Shown: piece after piece, positions 13,331-26,319 of the stretch
How the letters are laid out: each line of letters opens with the position of its first letter
How positions within the stretch are numbered: position 1 is the first letter of the stretch
Source of the DNA: Mobula birostris
Taxonomy: Eukaryota
DNA: 64,000 bases
Reading direction: 5' to 3'
Assembly (NCBI RefSeq): GCF_030028105.1
Contig: NC_092380.1
Span: 70,243,717-70,307,716 of the forward strand
Notes under the pieces: generated by a model
The model's input: only the letters and a program-made list of their open reading frames with translations
What the model was told of the DNA's origin: nothing
Databases searched by the model: none
Position numbers and translations under genes: made by a program

Positions 13331-14339
13331 AACCTTTTCTATAATTACAACTTAACTCTTTTCATAACAAATCTCCAACATCACAATTTTAAACAAAGTA
13401 AATCTCATTGAATCACTTATCAAAGTATTTGCAAAATTATCCAGAAAATCAACTTCAAGTCATTAGAATGAAAACCAAACATATACATCCAACCGTTTTA
13501 AATACCCTACATTTTGAAACATTTTATTCCTGTGCTGATTCTTTGATCTTGGATGGTTTGCCATCTTATTTCTTGGTTCGTTGGATGAAATAGTGGGTCA
13601 TCCACAGAATGTTGGTTCACAATACTTGCACTTGAAAAACCTGACCAAATCTCTTCGTATGATTTAACAGAACTAATTCCTGTTTACACTGCACGGATTG
13701 TGGTCGCTGCACTCTACTGATATCATCTTGCTATAGTCATAGCTTCAATAAGTCTTTTATCGATATCATCTCTCCTCCATGGGTATCACACTGATGATTT
13801 CCCATACATAGGGTAGAGACACTAACTACTAATTCCACTTTTAACAGTTTTTATCTTTAGTTACTTTCTATAGTTTGCTGCATTTCTGTCAGTTGTCCAA
13901 GCCTCGTTAGCAATGCCTAGTTCTCGCATAGCCCTTTTTTCAAGTTCCCTTTATAAAAATTCGGTAAATTTCATCTTCATCCCTCCACAGTTTTCTGACA
14001 TTACATCTTTGGGGTTAATTAACCTGAGTTACACTTATGTTTCCTGCAGCAGCCTGTGATGTCTCTACTAATTTGCTCCTCTGAATCCCACAGACTGTTG
14101 GGTGGTCTACAATATAATCCCATTAACTTGGTCATACATTTCTTCTTCCTCAGGTCTACCCATAAGCCTTCACTAGAAAAGCTATCCAGCCTGTCCTGTA
14201 TCCTGTACCCAGCAGTATTCTGGGTGACTGTGTCCAGAGTGAAGGATGCCATGAAGATGGGCACTTCCTGGATGCTAAACAGTAGGTACTGGAATTGTGG
14301 TGCCCATGGCTGATACCCCCCAACCCCGCAGGATAGGAT

Positions 14340-14813
14340 GGCTCCTGCTATCTGGGGTACACATACACCACCTCAACAGCATCAATGAGCAGAAAGGTCT
14401 TGGATGATAGTCTTTCCCCTGTATGGTACAACCAGGCTGTCACGGCTGGCTTCTCTCATGGAGACACTACCAATGGGACAGCCTCAGCATTCAAACCTAC
14501 AGAGGGTGCACTGAGCAAAGTGTCAGCTTAATTGATGGCTGTTCAGATGGTGGCCTTGCAAAATCGGATGGCCTTGAACTACCTATTTGCAGTGATATGT
14601 GACAGCTGTGCTGTGATTGGTCAGAAATGCTGCACCTACATCCCCAATGAGTCTGGGAACATTACTCACCTGGCTGATCATATACAGCAGTCAGTTAATA
14701 AGATCAGGAAAGTAGGGGTCCAGATTCATAACTACTGCTCCCCAGTTGCAAGTTGGTGGTTTTTGGAGCACTGGGAGGTTGGTGGACTATGTCACTGGGT
14801 AGTAACTGGTTGA
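14340..14813 (+). mobile_element. Endogenous retrovirus env (gamma-type TM subunit) remnant
   Basis: Immunosuppressive-domain-like VALQNRMALNYL, CX6CC motif (CAVIGQKCC), heptad region; upstream stop and frameshifts. Confidence 0.85.
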
Positions 14814-16689
14814 TTGTTAGTTTTGGGTATTATTGTTATGTTTTGTGTGTAGAATAGTGAGGCGCCCATGAAAGTTATACAAGCCTTTGGGCCAAGCATC
14901 AGTGTTGTGGCTTTCGATGGGTAGAATGTTGCAGTGTCTTACCTGTTTATTGAAAGCCGCTGGCCTGTGTGGCTTGCTGGCGTAGAATGGAAGGAGAAAC
15001 TGAGTTAGTGTTTCAAGCTGATGACTCTCCATCAACACTATAAAATGTTAATGGTAATAAAAAAAATGCAGAGGATGGAAGAGTAAAGGAAACAAAATGT
15101 TGGTTCTATGACAGGGAGAAGGCCAGAAGAGATTGAATGGTACAATTATTGGCTGATTAACTTGACAGACTGCAGTAGTTTTGAGATACGAGAAGAGTGA
15201 AGCTATGGTAAGAGATATGGGAGTGTTCCTCTGGGGCCAAGCTGCAAAACACAGTACCAACAGTCATACACAGCACTGGAGGCAGCACACTACCACTGGC
15301 TGCAACGGGCAACACCACAGCATGAGGTCTAGTGCATGTTACAACTGAGGACGCACAGCTCCCCATGTCTGTCCTGCCAATAAAGCAGTGAATCAGACTT
15401 GTAGCATTACACGCTACCAATATCCACCAGCGGCTTGCGATTATAAGAAAAATGACTGAGACAATCACTGGCTGTTAGACTGCACACTGCCTTCATGCAC
15501 TGACCCCAATGCCTCTCTATAGCATGCAGCAATATGATCACACCAAATCCAGCCCCTCTGCCAACATGCAACTTGCTGATGGGGTAGACTTGCAGTGCCT
15601 GAAGTTCCTAGTGTCCAGCAGTGCCTTGCAATCATTAAAAAAAAGTTAGAGAAAGGCCTTGTGGATCTGCTGCCTTCGAGTGCACTGCCATCTTACTGAA
15701 AACATGTCTTTATCACCTACTTATGAAATGACCTTGTAAACAGAATATGTTTGTCAAATTGGATACAAATGCTAATATCAAACAATAATTCATTTACAAA
15801 TGCTAGATGTAATTGTTAGGAGGCAGTCACATTCATATACACAAATTAAAATTTCTAGAATTCGAATACATTTAATGAAAATATATTTTAAGGGACAATA
15901 AAAAATGAAATACAATGTACATTCATGCTGTTGCTGCCCCACCAGAAATTCATCCAAGATTTTCTCTTCCAGTTCTCCTGGTGCAGCCCTCATTTCCTAT
16001 CCCCATATCTGAATCCAATTTTATAACCAGCTGTTAACTAGCATGAAATTTTCAGTGAATGGTGTATTTGTTCCTTTTCTCACTGAAATTTCCCAGTACC
16101 AGATGGCCTACCAAACCCCACAACATCATATTTCTCAGCAGTTTCCTTGATCTCTCTGTAAAAATGAGAGAACTTCAGGACTTGCATACAAGGATAGATT
16201 ATTCAGTTATATTGGGGCCACAGCTTTAGTTGATATGATTCTAAGCTTAGGCTAACACATGAAAGTTTAGACATTTCACATACATACTTGTATAACAAGG
16301 CTCAATAATTTTGCTGCCCAAACTGACATAACATATACATGTAAATCTTAAAAATTATGTTAATGTACAAAATTTATATATCATCTTCAAATGTGTTCAC
16401 ATGCAGAGAGTCCAATATTTAATTACTGATGTCTAAAGCGCTTTAAAAAATGAAAACACCTTTCAGTAAACGGTACACATAATTCTTAGATGCAATCAAG
16501 CTTTCTGGTGTCAAATGCTGGATTGCAGAAATCCCCTTTCTGGGTTATAATAGAAAGTCAGAAAAGGGGTTCTGCATACAACAGGGATTGTTACATCCTT
16601 GGTACTAAATGGTCTGTGGCTGCAATTCTAGTCCATTATACTGAATTCCAACGACCTTAACATTAGTTCTAAAATGTTAAAACCTTGTA

Positions 16690-17282
16690 ATAATGAAGGG
16701 CTGGAGATGTAAGCAGGCCAGGCAGTGTCTATGGAAAAGAGTAAACAGTCGATGTTTCTGGCTGAGACCTTTCATCAAGAGTGGGAAAAAAAAGAGACCA
16801 GAGTAAGACGGCTGGGGGAGGGGAGGAAAAAGTACAAAGTGGTAGGTGATGGGTGAAATGGAGAGGGGGAGGGGGAGGGGTGAAGTGAAGAGTAAGATGG
16901 CTGGGGGAGGGGAGGAAAAAGTACAAAGTGGTAGGTGATAGGTAAAACGGAGACAGCGAGGGGTGAAGTAAAGTGTAAGACGGCTGGGGGAGGGGAGGAA
17001 AAAGTACAAAGTGGTAGGTGATAGGTGAAACAGAGTGGGGGAGGGGTGAAGTAAAGAGCTGGGGAGTTGGTTGGTGAAAGAGATAAAGGGCTGGGGAAGG
17101 GGAAATCAGATATGAGAGAATAGAAGACCACAGAAGAAAGGGAAGGGGGAGGACTACCAGAGGATGGGGATGGGCAGGTAAGGGGGATAAGGTAAGAGAG
17201 GGAAATAGCAATGGGGAATTTCTAAAGGGGGAGGGAGGCAGGAAACAATGAAGGGGGGGCAATTACCAGAAGCTTGAAAATC
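16690..17282 (-). mobile_element. Penelope-derived element with internal triplication of an 83-89 bp purine-rich unit
   Basis: Same family as 48975-49772; units start at 16803, 16892 and 16975. Confidence 0.65.
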
Positions 17283-17957
17283 TTTTTTCGAGAATCCACT
17301 TGCCCATGATATTCCTTTAAAACCCTCCAATCCAGGTACTCATCCAAACACTTAAATGTTTTTATTGTACAAGTATCAGACTGTCCCACAGGTCTCTTTG
17401 ATACTCTTCCCCTCTCACGTTAAACCTGTGATCTGTATGTTTTTGATTCCTGTGTGCATTGCCCCTTCATTCCTCTCAATAGATGCTGCCCAGCTTGCTG
17501 AAATCCTCTAGCATTTTGTTGTGTTTCTAGAAAATTTACAAAATTGATCAATGCATCTGATCCACCTGATTAGCTGGGGCAAAGGGAGGAGAGAGGCATT
17601 GTTCCGTAAATGCACTAATAGTAGTCACACTTTCGTGCAAATAGCATAAGAGTTCAACTTAACTGTAATAAATGATTCAATGGATTTGTCCAGCAGATCG
17701 ACACAATTACATCATAGTGGCTTAATGTGTCAGATCAGACAACTCCTATTGTACACGAGCTCTTGGGACACATCTGCCATCCTCAATTAATTTCTCCTTA
17801 CACCTATAACTAAATCACTGTCTGCCTCACAATTATGCAACTTTTGTGACTTAAATAAACAGTATGTTAACTAAAGTGGATTAATTTACCAATCAGAATG
17901 GTGAATGGATACTGGATGGTAAACTGCAAAAGAACAATGAAGTTGACAGTAAATTAT

Positions 17958-17963
17958 TTTATT
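17958..17963 (-). terminator. Candidate polyadenylation signal AATAAA of copy 2
   Basis: First AATAAA on the minus strand, about 75 nt after the terminal-exon stop. Confidence 0.5.
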
Positions 17964-18038
17964 CTCAGTTATAAGTGAAGTGCTGTCTCCTATTAAAAAA
18001 GATTCCATGCTCACTCTTCCAGAAAATACTACATAAAT

Positions 18039-18343
18039 TCAAATTAATATCAAGTCATACTGTTTCATATGTTCTTCCAAATTAAATTCAATTTGAACTT
18101 GGATGTGTTGTTTATCATTTGGTTTTGGTGTATAAGTTAGTTCAGTGGTGAAACCGCTAGCATTTTGAAATGGCTTGTTTGTAACAAACTCCTTTTCATC
18201 AAAAGGATAAGCATCTCTGTACCAGATGATATGAGCCTCCTTGAGGGCACATCCTTTAACATCACAAGAAAGAGTTACTGGTTGACCAATTTTAGGACTT
18301 TTTGAGAGGCACTTTATTTCTGAAACCTTCTCCCATACATCTG
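18039..18343 (-). pseudogene. Terminal Ig-like exon e, open frame ending in TGA
   Basis: ctctttttcag|cag acceptor. xDVWEKVSEIKCLSKSPKIGQPVTLSCDVKGCALKEAHIIWYRDAYPFDEKEFVTNKPFQNASGFTTELTYTPKPNDKQHIQVQIEFNLEEHMKQYDLILI*. Not in the supplied ORF track. Confidence 0.8.
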
Positions 18344-18971
18344 CTGAAAAAGAGAATTTACAATAAATGTGAGAAGCTTAAAGGCATTTCAAAAATAAAG
18401 AACTATGTAAGTCAATATATATCACTGCATTCGCAAAGTCCTTATTTTAATTCTTACAAATTTAAATGTTTACACTAAATCACCATTTGCCACCTGAACT
18501 ACTGCAGTTGGGTGGATATGGAATATCATCCAGATGAAATATTTGCTGTCATGGCATAGAATCATGGAATCATACAGCAGAGGAACAGGGCTTTGTCTCA
18601 ATTCATCAACACTGACCAAGATGCCGGAAGTTAGACACATCTGCCCACATGGAATGTATATCCCTGCAACACTATCCATGTACCTGTTCAAATGTCTTTT
18701 AGATGTTATTATTTTACCTGCTCCAACACTTCCTCTGGCAGCTTATTTGATATACTATGTATCATTCTCTGCCTCAGGTCCCTTCAAAATGTTTCTCCTC
18801 TCACACTTAACTTATACTCCCTAATTTTCAATTCCCTTTGGTGGGAAAAAGATTTGTGCATTCATCTTAACTATGCCTGATATGATATTATACACCTCTA
18901 AGATCACCTCTCAGTCACTGATACTCCAACAATAAAGTGCCAGCCTGCTCACCCTCTCCCTATAACTGACC

Positions 18972-19190
18972 TTATATTTGATACAACTTCCATGATCTGT
19001 TTTTGCTGGTGTAAACTTTATGCTTGTAATTGTAATCTTCTGCAATCTCACGATGACCTGTTTATCCATCATTCCACTTTTATACCATGTTACTTTGATT
19101 TTCGCAGGAACATAGCTCTTCAATTAGATGCTAAATATGTTGTATGCTATTTCGCTTGAAGTAGTTCTGGGTCACTTTTAATATCAGATT
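18972..19190 (-). pseudogene. Degenerate Ig C1-like fragment d
   Basis: SDIKSDPELL...SYVPAKIKVTWYK...TSIKFTPAKTDHG resembles exons a-c. Broken frames and no clean acceptor; flanked by CR1 pieces. Confidence 0.55.
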
Positions 19191-20103
19191 TCTCATCTCA
19201 ACTTAAACCAATGGTCTCTAGTTTTTCCATTCCCTTTGATGGGAAAAAAGATACATGCATTCATCCTGACTGTGCCCCATATGATATTATACACCTCTAG
19301 GATCACCTCTCAGCCTCCGATACTCCAACAAATAAAGTCCTAGCCTGCTCAGCCTCTCCCTATAACTCACCCCCTTGAGTCCTGGCAACATTCTCATAAA
19401 TCTGCTTTGCGCTCTTTCCAGGCAATGATATCTTTATACGAAAAATATCACATCCACTCTAAACACACTCATCTGGGCTATGCTTCTCCTTTCTAGCTAT
19501 TCTCAACACAGTGGCTCACATGCTAGTTTACTCGTCTTGACTTGTCAGCATTTCAGGATCTGAACCACACTCATTCCCTCCATCCCATTCACTAGAGAAG
19601 AGACGTACAGCAATAAAGGAGTTTAGTTGTTAATGCAGATGTCATGAATACATATCAGATGAAAGTGTGGGATGCATTCTTGGCAAGATTCTTTACAACA
19701 GAGTCAGTATTCATTGCCTTGTGGAAGAGAAGGGAAGTGATCTTGTTTTAAAATGAAGGCCTGAAGTGATTACAAGCATGTTCAGGTATGGAAGTTGGCA
19801 CCAGAATCTACCACAAAAAACTTATTCTAGCCATCATCTGAGCAGCCTGCCTGGGATTGGATTTTGACCCTCAAAGATTGCGTCCATATCCATATACATT
19901 TCTGCTTTCTTCAAGCAAAAAACTCACTGAGATGTCTGACAAGATTTCAAGTTGTGAAAATAAAAACTTCGAGTGAAAAGACAATTTTCTGATCCCGTAA
20001 CAAGTGGCCAATCTTAAATTGTTTGTCCAAAGTTAGTTTTTCCAGTTTGGCCAGCCATGGAGCTAGAACTGGAATGTATATCTGAATGAACCTGATAGAT
20101 TAT

Positions 20104-20282
20104 CCATACCACTAACAATAATTTAACAAAAGCTCTTGCATGTATCCATTTATGTTCTCTAATGGCTATTGGAATATTGCAAAATAAAAAGTGTTAACAA
20201 CTAAAACATTTACTCACCCAATTTAACCAATTTACAGCTAGTTTTCTTGGTGTCTGTCATGCTGGAATTCACACGTTAATAA
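20104..20282 (+). repeat. Start of repeat unit 2, paralog of 1-74 plus 1988-2099
   Basis: cataccac...ggctattggaat...cacgttaataa is shared; the L1 is absent here. Confidence 0.9.
20218..20282 (-). pseudogene. 3' remnant of post-TM Ig exon c (copy 2), cut by the Gypsy LTR
   Basis: LLTCEFQH... followed by |gtgagt donor. Matches 2027-2099 except for an 8-bp deletion. Abuts the LTR TG at 20283. Confidence 0.8.
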
Positions 20283-20926
20283 TGTGACGATATCCTGAGT
20301 TATTCATTACGGACTGTGCTTTTAAAAAGAGAGAGAAAGTGTGCAGCTATCCAGCACAAACAACCTGTTCCTGAGAGAGAGAGGGGCGAAGACTGCTCAC
20401 AGTTTGTTTGGGATTTCTACAAGGACACTGCCAGCTTTGGAGTTCTTACAGAGAGAAGGGAGGAGCTACTTGATGGACTGCTGGTGTTCAGCACAACAGC
20501 ATTTAATCTAGCGTAATTGCCAGTTTCACAGGACACACAAACGCAATAAGGTGTGGTGAAGTTACTACTATCCTGTTCAGGTGCCCACAAGTGTGGGACT
20601 GAGGATCGATCGTGAGGGACCGATCTGTGATTATTAGTGCGTGAAAGAGCGACCCTGTGGAGTCTACCCGTGTTTCTAACCTTTGCCTGGGTTGGGAGAC
20701 TATCACTTGAAGACAGGGTTCTTAAGCTGGTCAATTCTGTCTAACTTGGAAGTTTCGGAGGACAACGGGAAGAATCGACGGCATCACTCGGTCAATCTCA
20801 ACACCTCCCTCTCTCCAACGCTACTCAACTCAATACCACAAACTGAACTGATTTCATTTACCCATCACCATAAGACTGTATCCATTTACCTCCTAAGCTT
20901 GAAGAAGCTTGGCTTTTATATATTTC

Positions 20927-21017
<91 letters not shown>

Positions 21018-21102
21018 AATGAGCATTAGTTAACAGCAATACCAGACTCCAAGGTGTTTTCCATTTCTGCTGGTTCTTTAACCCATCACGGGGTACGTAA
21101 CA
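20283..21102 (+). repeat. Gypsy 5' LTR (TG...CA) followed by a tRNA-Pro-like PBS at 21107-21125
   Basis: Starts tgtgacg and ends gtaaca. tggggcctgcatccgggat resembles TGGGGGCTCGTCCGGGAT. Confidence 0.75.
20928..21014. repeat. (CA)n(TA)n microsatellite inside the LTR
   Basis: Direct reading. Confidence 0.97.
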
Positions 21103-23332
21103 AATTTGGGGCCTGCATCCGGGATTTGAACAAATTGTTTGGGGGCTTATTTGAATTGATTGGGGAAAATCCCTTTTGATTTGATTGTGTGGAAAAACAG
21201 CAGAAATGGAGGCTAGTATTGATAAGTTTCTAAGGGAACCAGCCCCTGAAGCGTTGGATGATGCTACGAGGGATATGCTGTTGGGAATCGCTCACAAGTT
21301 CAGGCTTAAGGTGAATACTAGAATGTGAAAGACTCAGATGCAGACGGTAATAGCGGAGTATTTTATAACCTAGGGAAAGCTTAATGAGGATGTGTTGGAA
21401 ATGTTTGCTGAAGGTAAATTTGCTGAGGCGGAGATTCAGCTTCAGTTGGAAAAATTAAAGATGGGCGTGAATTACAATTAAAATGACTCGAGAGAGAGGA
21501 GGCAGACAAACAGAGAGAGGAGGCAGAACGACAGAGGGTGTTTGAGAGGGAGATATTGCAGCAAGGAGGTCAAGTGTCACGCCGAGGTAATGAACAGGCG
21601 GCACCGTTTAATGTTTGCCAAGAAATTAAGTTGGTACCTCCATTTGAGGAAACAGAAGTCGATACATTTTGAAAAAGTTTCCATAAATCTGAAGTGACCA
21701 AGAGATCAGTGGGCTGTCCTGTTACAAAGTGTGCTTAAGGGGAAGGCTCAATGAGTGTATTCGGCGTTGTCTGTTGTAGATGCAAATGATTATGATACAG
21801 TGAAAGGTGCTGTACTTATGAGTTGTTTCTGGAGACGTACAGGCAAAGGTTCCAAAATTTGAGGAAGCCTTGGGACCGCATGTCCTTAGAGTTTGCCCAC
21901 GAGATGCAGGTGTACTTTGATCGTTGGTGTACCTCGAAAGGGGCAAGTGAGAATATTGACAACATGGAAGAGTTGATATTGATTGAACAGTTTAAAGGTT
22001 GTGTCCCTGATGGTATAAGGACATATTTAGATGAGAAAGCGGCAGCGACACTGTCAGAGTCTGCTCGGTTAGCAGACGAGTATGCCTTAACTCATAAGGT
22101 TAAGTTTTTTCCAAATAGGACTTACCAAAAGGGTAACAGAGATAACCCACTGGCTAAACCAGAAAGTAAGCTGGGGATTAGTGACAAAAGTAAGGAGGAA
22201 GGAAAGCAGTTGAGGGGAAAATTTCCCAGTTTAACGTATTACTATTGTAAGAAGCCCGGTTATGTGGCAGCTATTTGTTTTGCCTCAAAAAAGGGATAAG
22301 GAAAAAGAAAAGGCGACAACCCCAAATGCTTGTGTTCAGCCGGTTAAGGCACTGCTGAGGAAGAAGGGGTCTGACACCGTTCAAGAGGGACTTGAGCAGT
22401 TTATTTCAAATGGATGTGTGTCTGTGAAGGAGGGGTCAACCCCGGTTCCAGTGAGAATCTGGCGAGATACTGGGGCTTTTCAGTCACTGATATTAAAGAA
22501 TGTTTTGGAATTCGGTGCTGAGACAGAGACTGGTGAAGTGAATATTATCAAAGGTATTGGAAAGGGGACTGGGACTGAGACTGTACCTTTGCATAACATA
22601 GTTTTGAAATGTGACTTGGTACCAAGGCCAGTCATGATAGGGGTATGATCTGAATTACCGATAGATAATGTTGATGTATTACTCGGCAATGACCTTGCAG
22701 GTGGGGATGTTTATCCAGCAGTTCAGCTAATGAGCAAGCCTGCTGCTGCTGAAGACTCACCCATGGATACTGATGTTTACCCCACATGGGCAGTAACTTA
22801 AAGCATGTCTAAAATGTCTGCTGATGCCCATTATGATTTATCAGAGACTTTTCTACCTTCCCTATTCCAATAGGACTTAGAAGGTAGTAAGGCTCATGAG
22901 AAATGCTTGTCCTTATCTAGAAAGGAATTTATAAAGGAACAGAATCGAGATCCTGAAATTCTGGCTTTAAAGGAGACAGCCCTCTCTGATGATGAAATTC
23001 AGAAAGAGTCAGTGGGATACCACCTTAAAGATGGGGTGTTAATGAGGAAGTGGAGACCAAACACTGTGCCCGCAAGTGAGGATTGGGCTATTGTGCACCA
23101 GGTAGTGGTTCCAAAAGTTTACAAAGCTGAAATTTTAAACCTGGCCCATAATATCCCTTTAGGTGGACCTTTTGGGATAAAGAAGACAGTTCACAGGATT
23201 ATGAGGGAATTTTATTGGCCCAACGTGAGGAAAGATACTGTGAATTATTGCAAAATTTGCCATACATGCCAGGTGGTGGCAAAACCTAACCAGGCCATCC
23301 CAAAAGCTCCACTTCAGCCAATACCTGCTTTT

Positions 23333-26319
23333 AAACAATAGACAATAGACAATAGGTGCAGGAGTAGGCCATTCGGCCCTTCGAGCCAGCACTGCCATTC
23401 ACTGTGATCATGGCTGATCATCCACTGTCAGTATCCAGTACCTGCCTTATCCCCATAACCTATGATTCTGCAATCTTTAAGAGCTCTATCCATCTCTTTC
23501 TTGAAAGCATCCAGAGACTTGGCCTCCACAGCCTTCTGGGGCAGAGCATTCCATACATCCACCACTCTCTGGGTGAAAAAGTTTTTCCTCAACTCTGTTC
23601 TAAATGGCCTACCCTTAATTCTTAAACTGTGGCCTCTGGTTCTGGACTCACCCATCAGCGGGAACATGCTTCTTGCCTCCAGCATGTCCAATCCCTTAAT
23701 AATCTTATATATTTCAATAAGATCCCCTCTCAGCCTTCTAAATTCCAGAGTATACAAGCCCAGTCGCTCCAATCTTTCAACATATGACAGTCCTGCCATC
23801 CCGGGAATTAACCTTGTGAACCTACACTGCACTCCCTCAATAGCAAGAATGTCCTTCCTCAAATCTGGAGACCAAAACTGCACACAGTACTCCAGGTGTG
23901 GTCTCACCAGGGCCCTGTACAGCTGCAGAAGGACCTCTTTGCTCTTATACTCAATTCTCCTTGTTATGAAGGCCAGCGTGCCATTAGCTTTTTTCACTGC
24001 CTGCTGTACTTGCATGCTTGTTTTCAGTGACTGATGTACAAGAACACCTAGATCTCGTTGTGTTTCCCCTTTTCCTAACTTGACTCCATTTAGATAATAA
24101 TCTGCCTTCCCGTTCTTACCACCAAAGTGGATAACTTCACATTTATCCACATTAAACTGCATCTGCCATGCATCTGCCCACCCACCCAGCCTGTCCAAGT
24201 CACCCTGCATTCTCATAACATCCTCCTCACATTTCACACTGCCTCCCAGCTTTGTGTCATCGGCAAATTTGCTAATGTTACTTTTAATTCCCTCATCTAA
24301 ATCATTAATATATATTGTAAACAGCTGTGGTCCCAGCACTGAACCCTGCGGTACCCCACTGGTCACCGCCTGCCATTCCGAAAGGGACCCATTAATCGCT
24401 ACTCTTTGTTTCCTGTCAGCCAGCCAATTTTCAATCCACGTCAGTACTCTGCCCCCAATACCATGTGCCCTAATTTTGCCCACTAATCTCCTATGTGGGA
24501 CTTTATCGAAGGCTTTCTGAAAGTCCAGGTACACTACATCCACTGGCTCTCCCTTGTCCATTTTCATAGTTACATCCTCAAAAAATTCCAGAAGATTAAT
24601 CAAGCATGATTTTTCCTTCGTAAATCCATGCTGACTTGAACCAATCCTGTTACTACTATCCAGATGTGTTGTAATTTCATCTTTTATAATTGACTCCAGC
24701 ATCTTTCCCACCACTGACGGCAGGCTAACTGGTCTATAATTCCCTGTTATCTCTCTTCCTTCCTTCTTGAAGAGAGGGACAACATTAGCCACCCTCCAAT
24801 CCACAGGAACTGATCCTGAATCTATAGAACATTGGAAAATGATTACCAATGCATCCATGATTTCTGAAGCCACCTCCTTAAGTACCCTGGGATGCAGATC
24901 ATCAGGTCCCGGGGACTTATCAGCCTTCAGACCCAACAGCCTATCCAACACCAATTCCTGCCTAATATAGATTTCCTTCAATTCATCCATTACCCTAGGT
25001 CTTTTGGCCATTATTACATCTGGGAGATTGTTAGTGAAGACAGATCCAAAGTACCTGTTCAACTCGTCTGCCATTTCCTTGTTCCCCATAATAAGTTCAC
25101 CCGCTTCTGTCTTCAAGGGCCCAATTTTGGTCTTAATTATTTTTTTCCTTTTCACATACCTAAAGAAGCTTTTACTCTCCTCCTTTATATTCTTGGCTAG
25201 TTTACCTTTGTACCTCATTTTTTCTCCGCGTATTGCCTTTTTAGTTACCTTCTGTTGCTCTTTAAAAGTTTCCCAATCCTCCGGCTTCCCACTCGTCTTT
25301 GCTATGTTATACTTCTCTTTTATTTTTATGCTGTCCATTACTTCCCTTGTCAGCCATGGCCTCCCCTTACTCCCCTTAGGATCTTTCTTCCTCTTTGGAA
25401 CAAACTGATCCTGCACCTTCTGCATTATTCCCAGAAACACTTGCCATTGCTGGTCCACTGTCATCCCTGCTAGGGTATTGTTCCATTGAACTTTGGCCAA
25501 CTCCTCCCTCATAGCACCATAGGTTCCTCTGTTCGACTGTAATACTGATACTTCCGAGTTTCCCTTCTCCCTCTCAAATTGTAGATTAAAACTTATCATA
25601 TTATGGTCACTACCTCCTAATGACCCCTTTACCTCGAGGTCCCTGATCAAATCCGGTTCATTGCACAACACTAAATCTAGAATTGTGTTCTCTCTGGTAG
25701 GCTCCAGTACAAGCTGTTCTAAAAATCCATCTCGGAGGGACTCCACAAACTCCCTTTCTTTGGGTCCAGCACCAACCTGATTCCTCCAGTCTACCTGCAT
25801 GTTGAAGTCCCCCATAACAACTGTAGCATTACCTTTGCGACATGTCAATTTTAACTCTTGATTCAGCTTACACCCTATATCCAGACTACTGTTTGGGGGC
25901 CTGTAGATAACTCCCATTAGGGTCTTTCTACTCTTAGAATTTCTCAGTTCTATCCATACTGACTCTACGTCTCCTGATTCTATGTCCCCCCCCTCGCAAG
26001 GGACTGAATATCATTTCTCACCACAGAGCCACCCCACCCCCTCTGCCCATCAGTCTGTCCTTTCGATAGGATGTATACACTTGAATATTCATTTCCCAGG
26101 CCCTGTCCACTTGAAGCCATGTCTCTGTTATTCCCACAACATCATACTTACCAATTTCCAACTGTGCCTCAAGCTCATCCACTTTATTTCTTATACTCCG
26201 TGCACTCATATACAATACTTTTAATTCATTACCCCCCTGACCTCCCATATCAATTCCTATATCACTTGGCCATACTGTACGATCCCTTCTTGAGCTTTCT
26301 GCTCTGTTGATTCTTGGTA
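23333..26319 (-). mobile_element. CR1 LINE with near-complete ORF2 (APE + RT), nested in the Gypsy integrase
   Basis: 829-aa open frame 23428-25917 (DFQKAFDKV, FADD) and APE N-terminus (GITETWL) at 26018-26319. (CTATTGT)n tail; CTTTT at both junctions splits PAF|GE. Confidence 0.93.

Larger units (their letters stand above)
6029..16857 (+). repeat. Segmental duplication block B1 (5' flank and intergenic), paralog of 50723-64000
   Basis: Long collinear near-identity with copy-specific indels. Confidence 0.95.

Noticed and set aside
15930-16160. Minus-strand stretch after tttttacag reading ...VVGFGRPSGTGK, P-loop-like
   Set aside because: Spacing does not fit GxxxxGK[ST], a stop follows at once, and the frame is not preserved in the B2 paralog.
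16677-17262. Pro/Leu/Ser-rich ORFs (also 42026-42395 and 50758-51250)
   Set aside because: Low-complexity purine/pyrimidine tracts inside repeats.
20683-21015. ORF ending in (YI)n
   Set aside because: Translation of the (TA)n microsatellite in the LTR.
23462-25473. Several plus-strand ORFs of 67-190 aa
   Set aside because: Antisense shadows of the CR1 ORF2.
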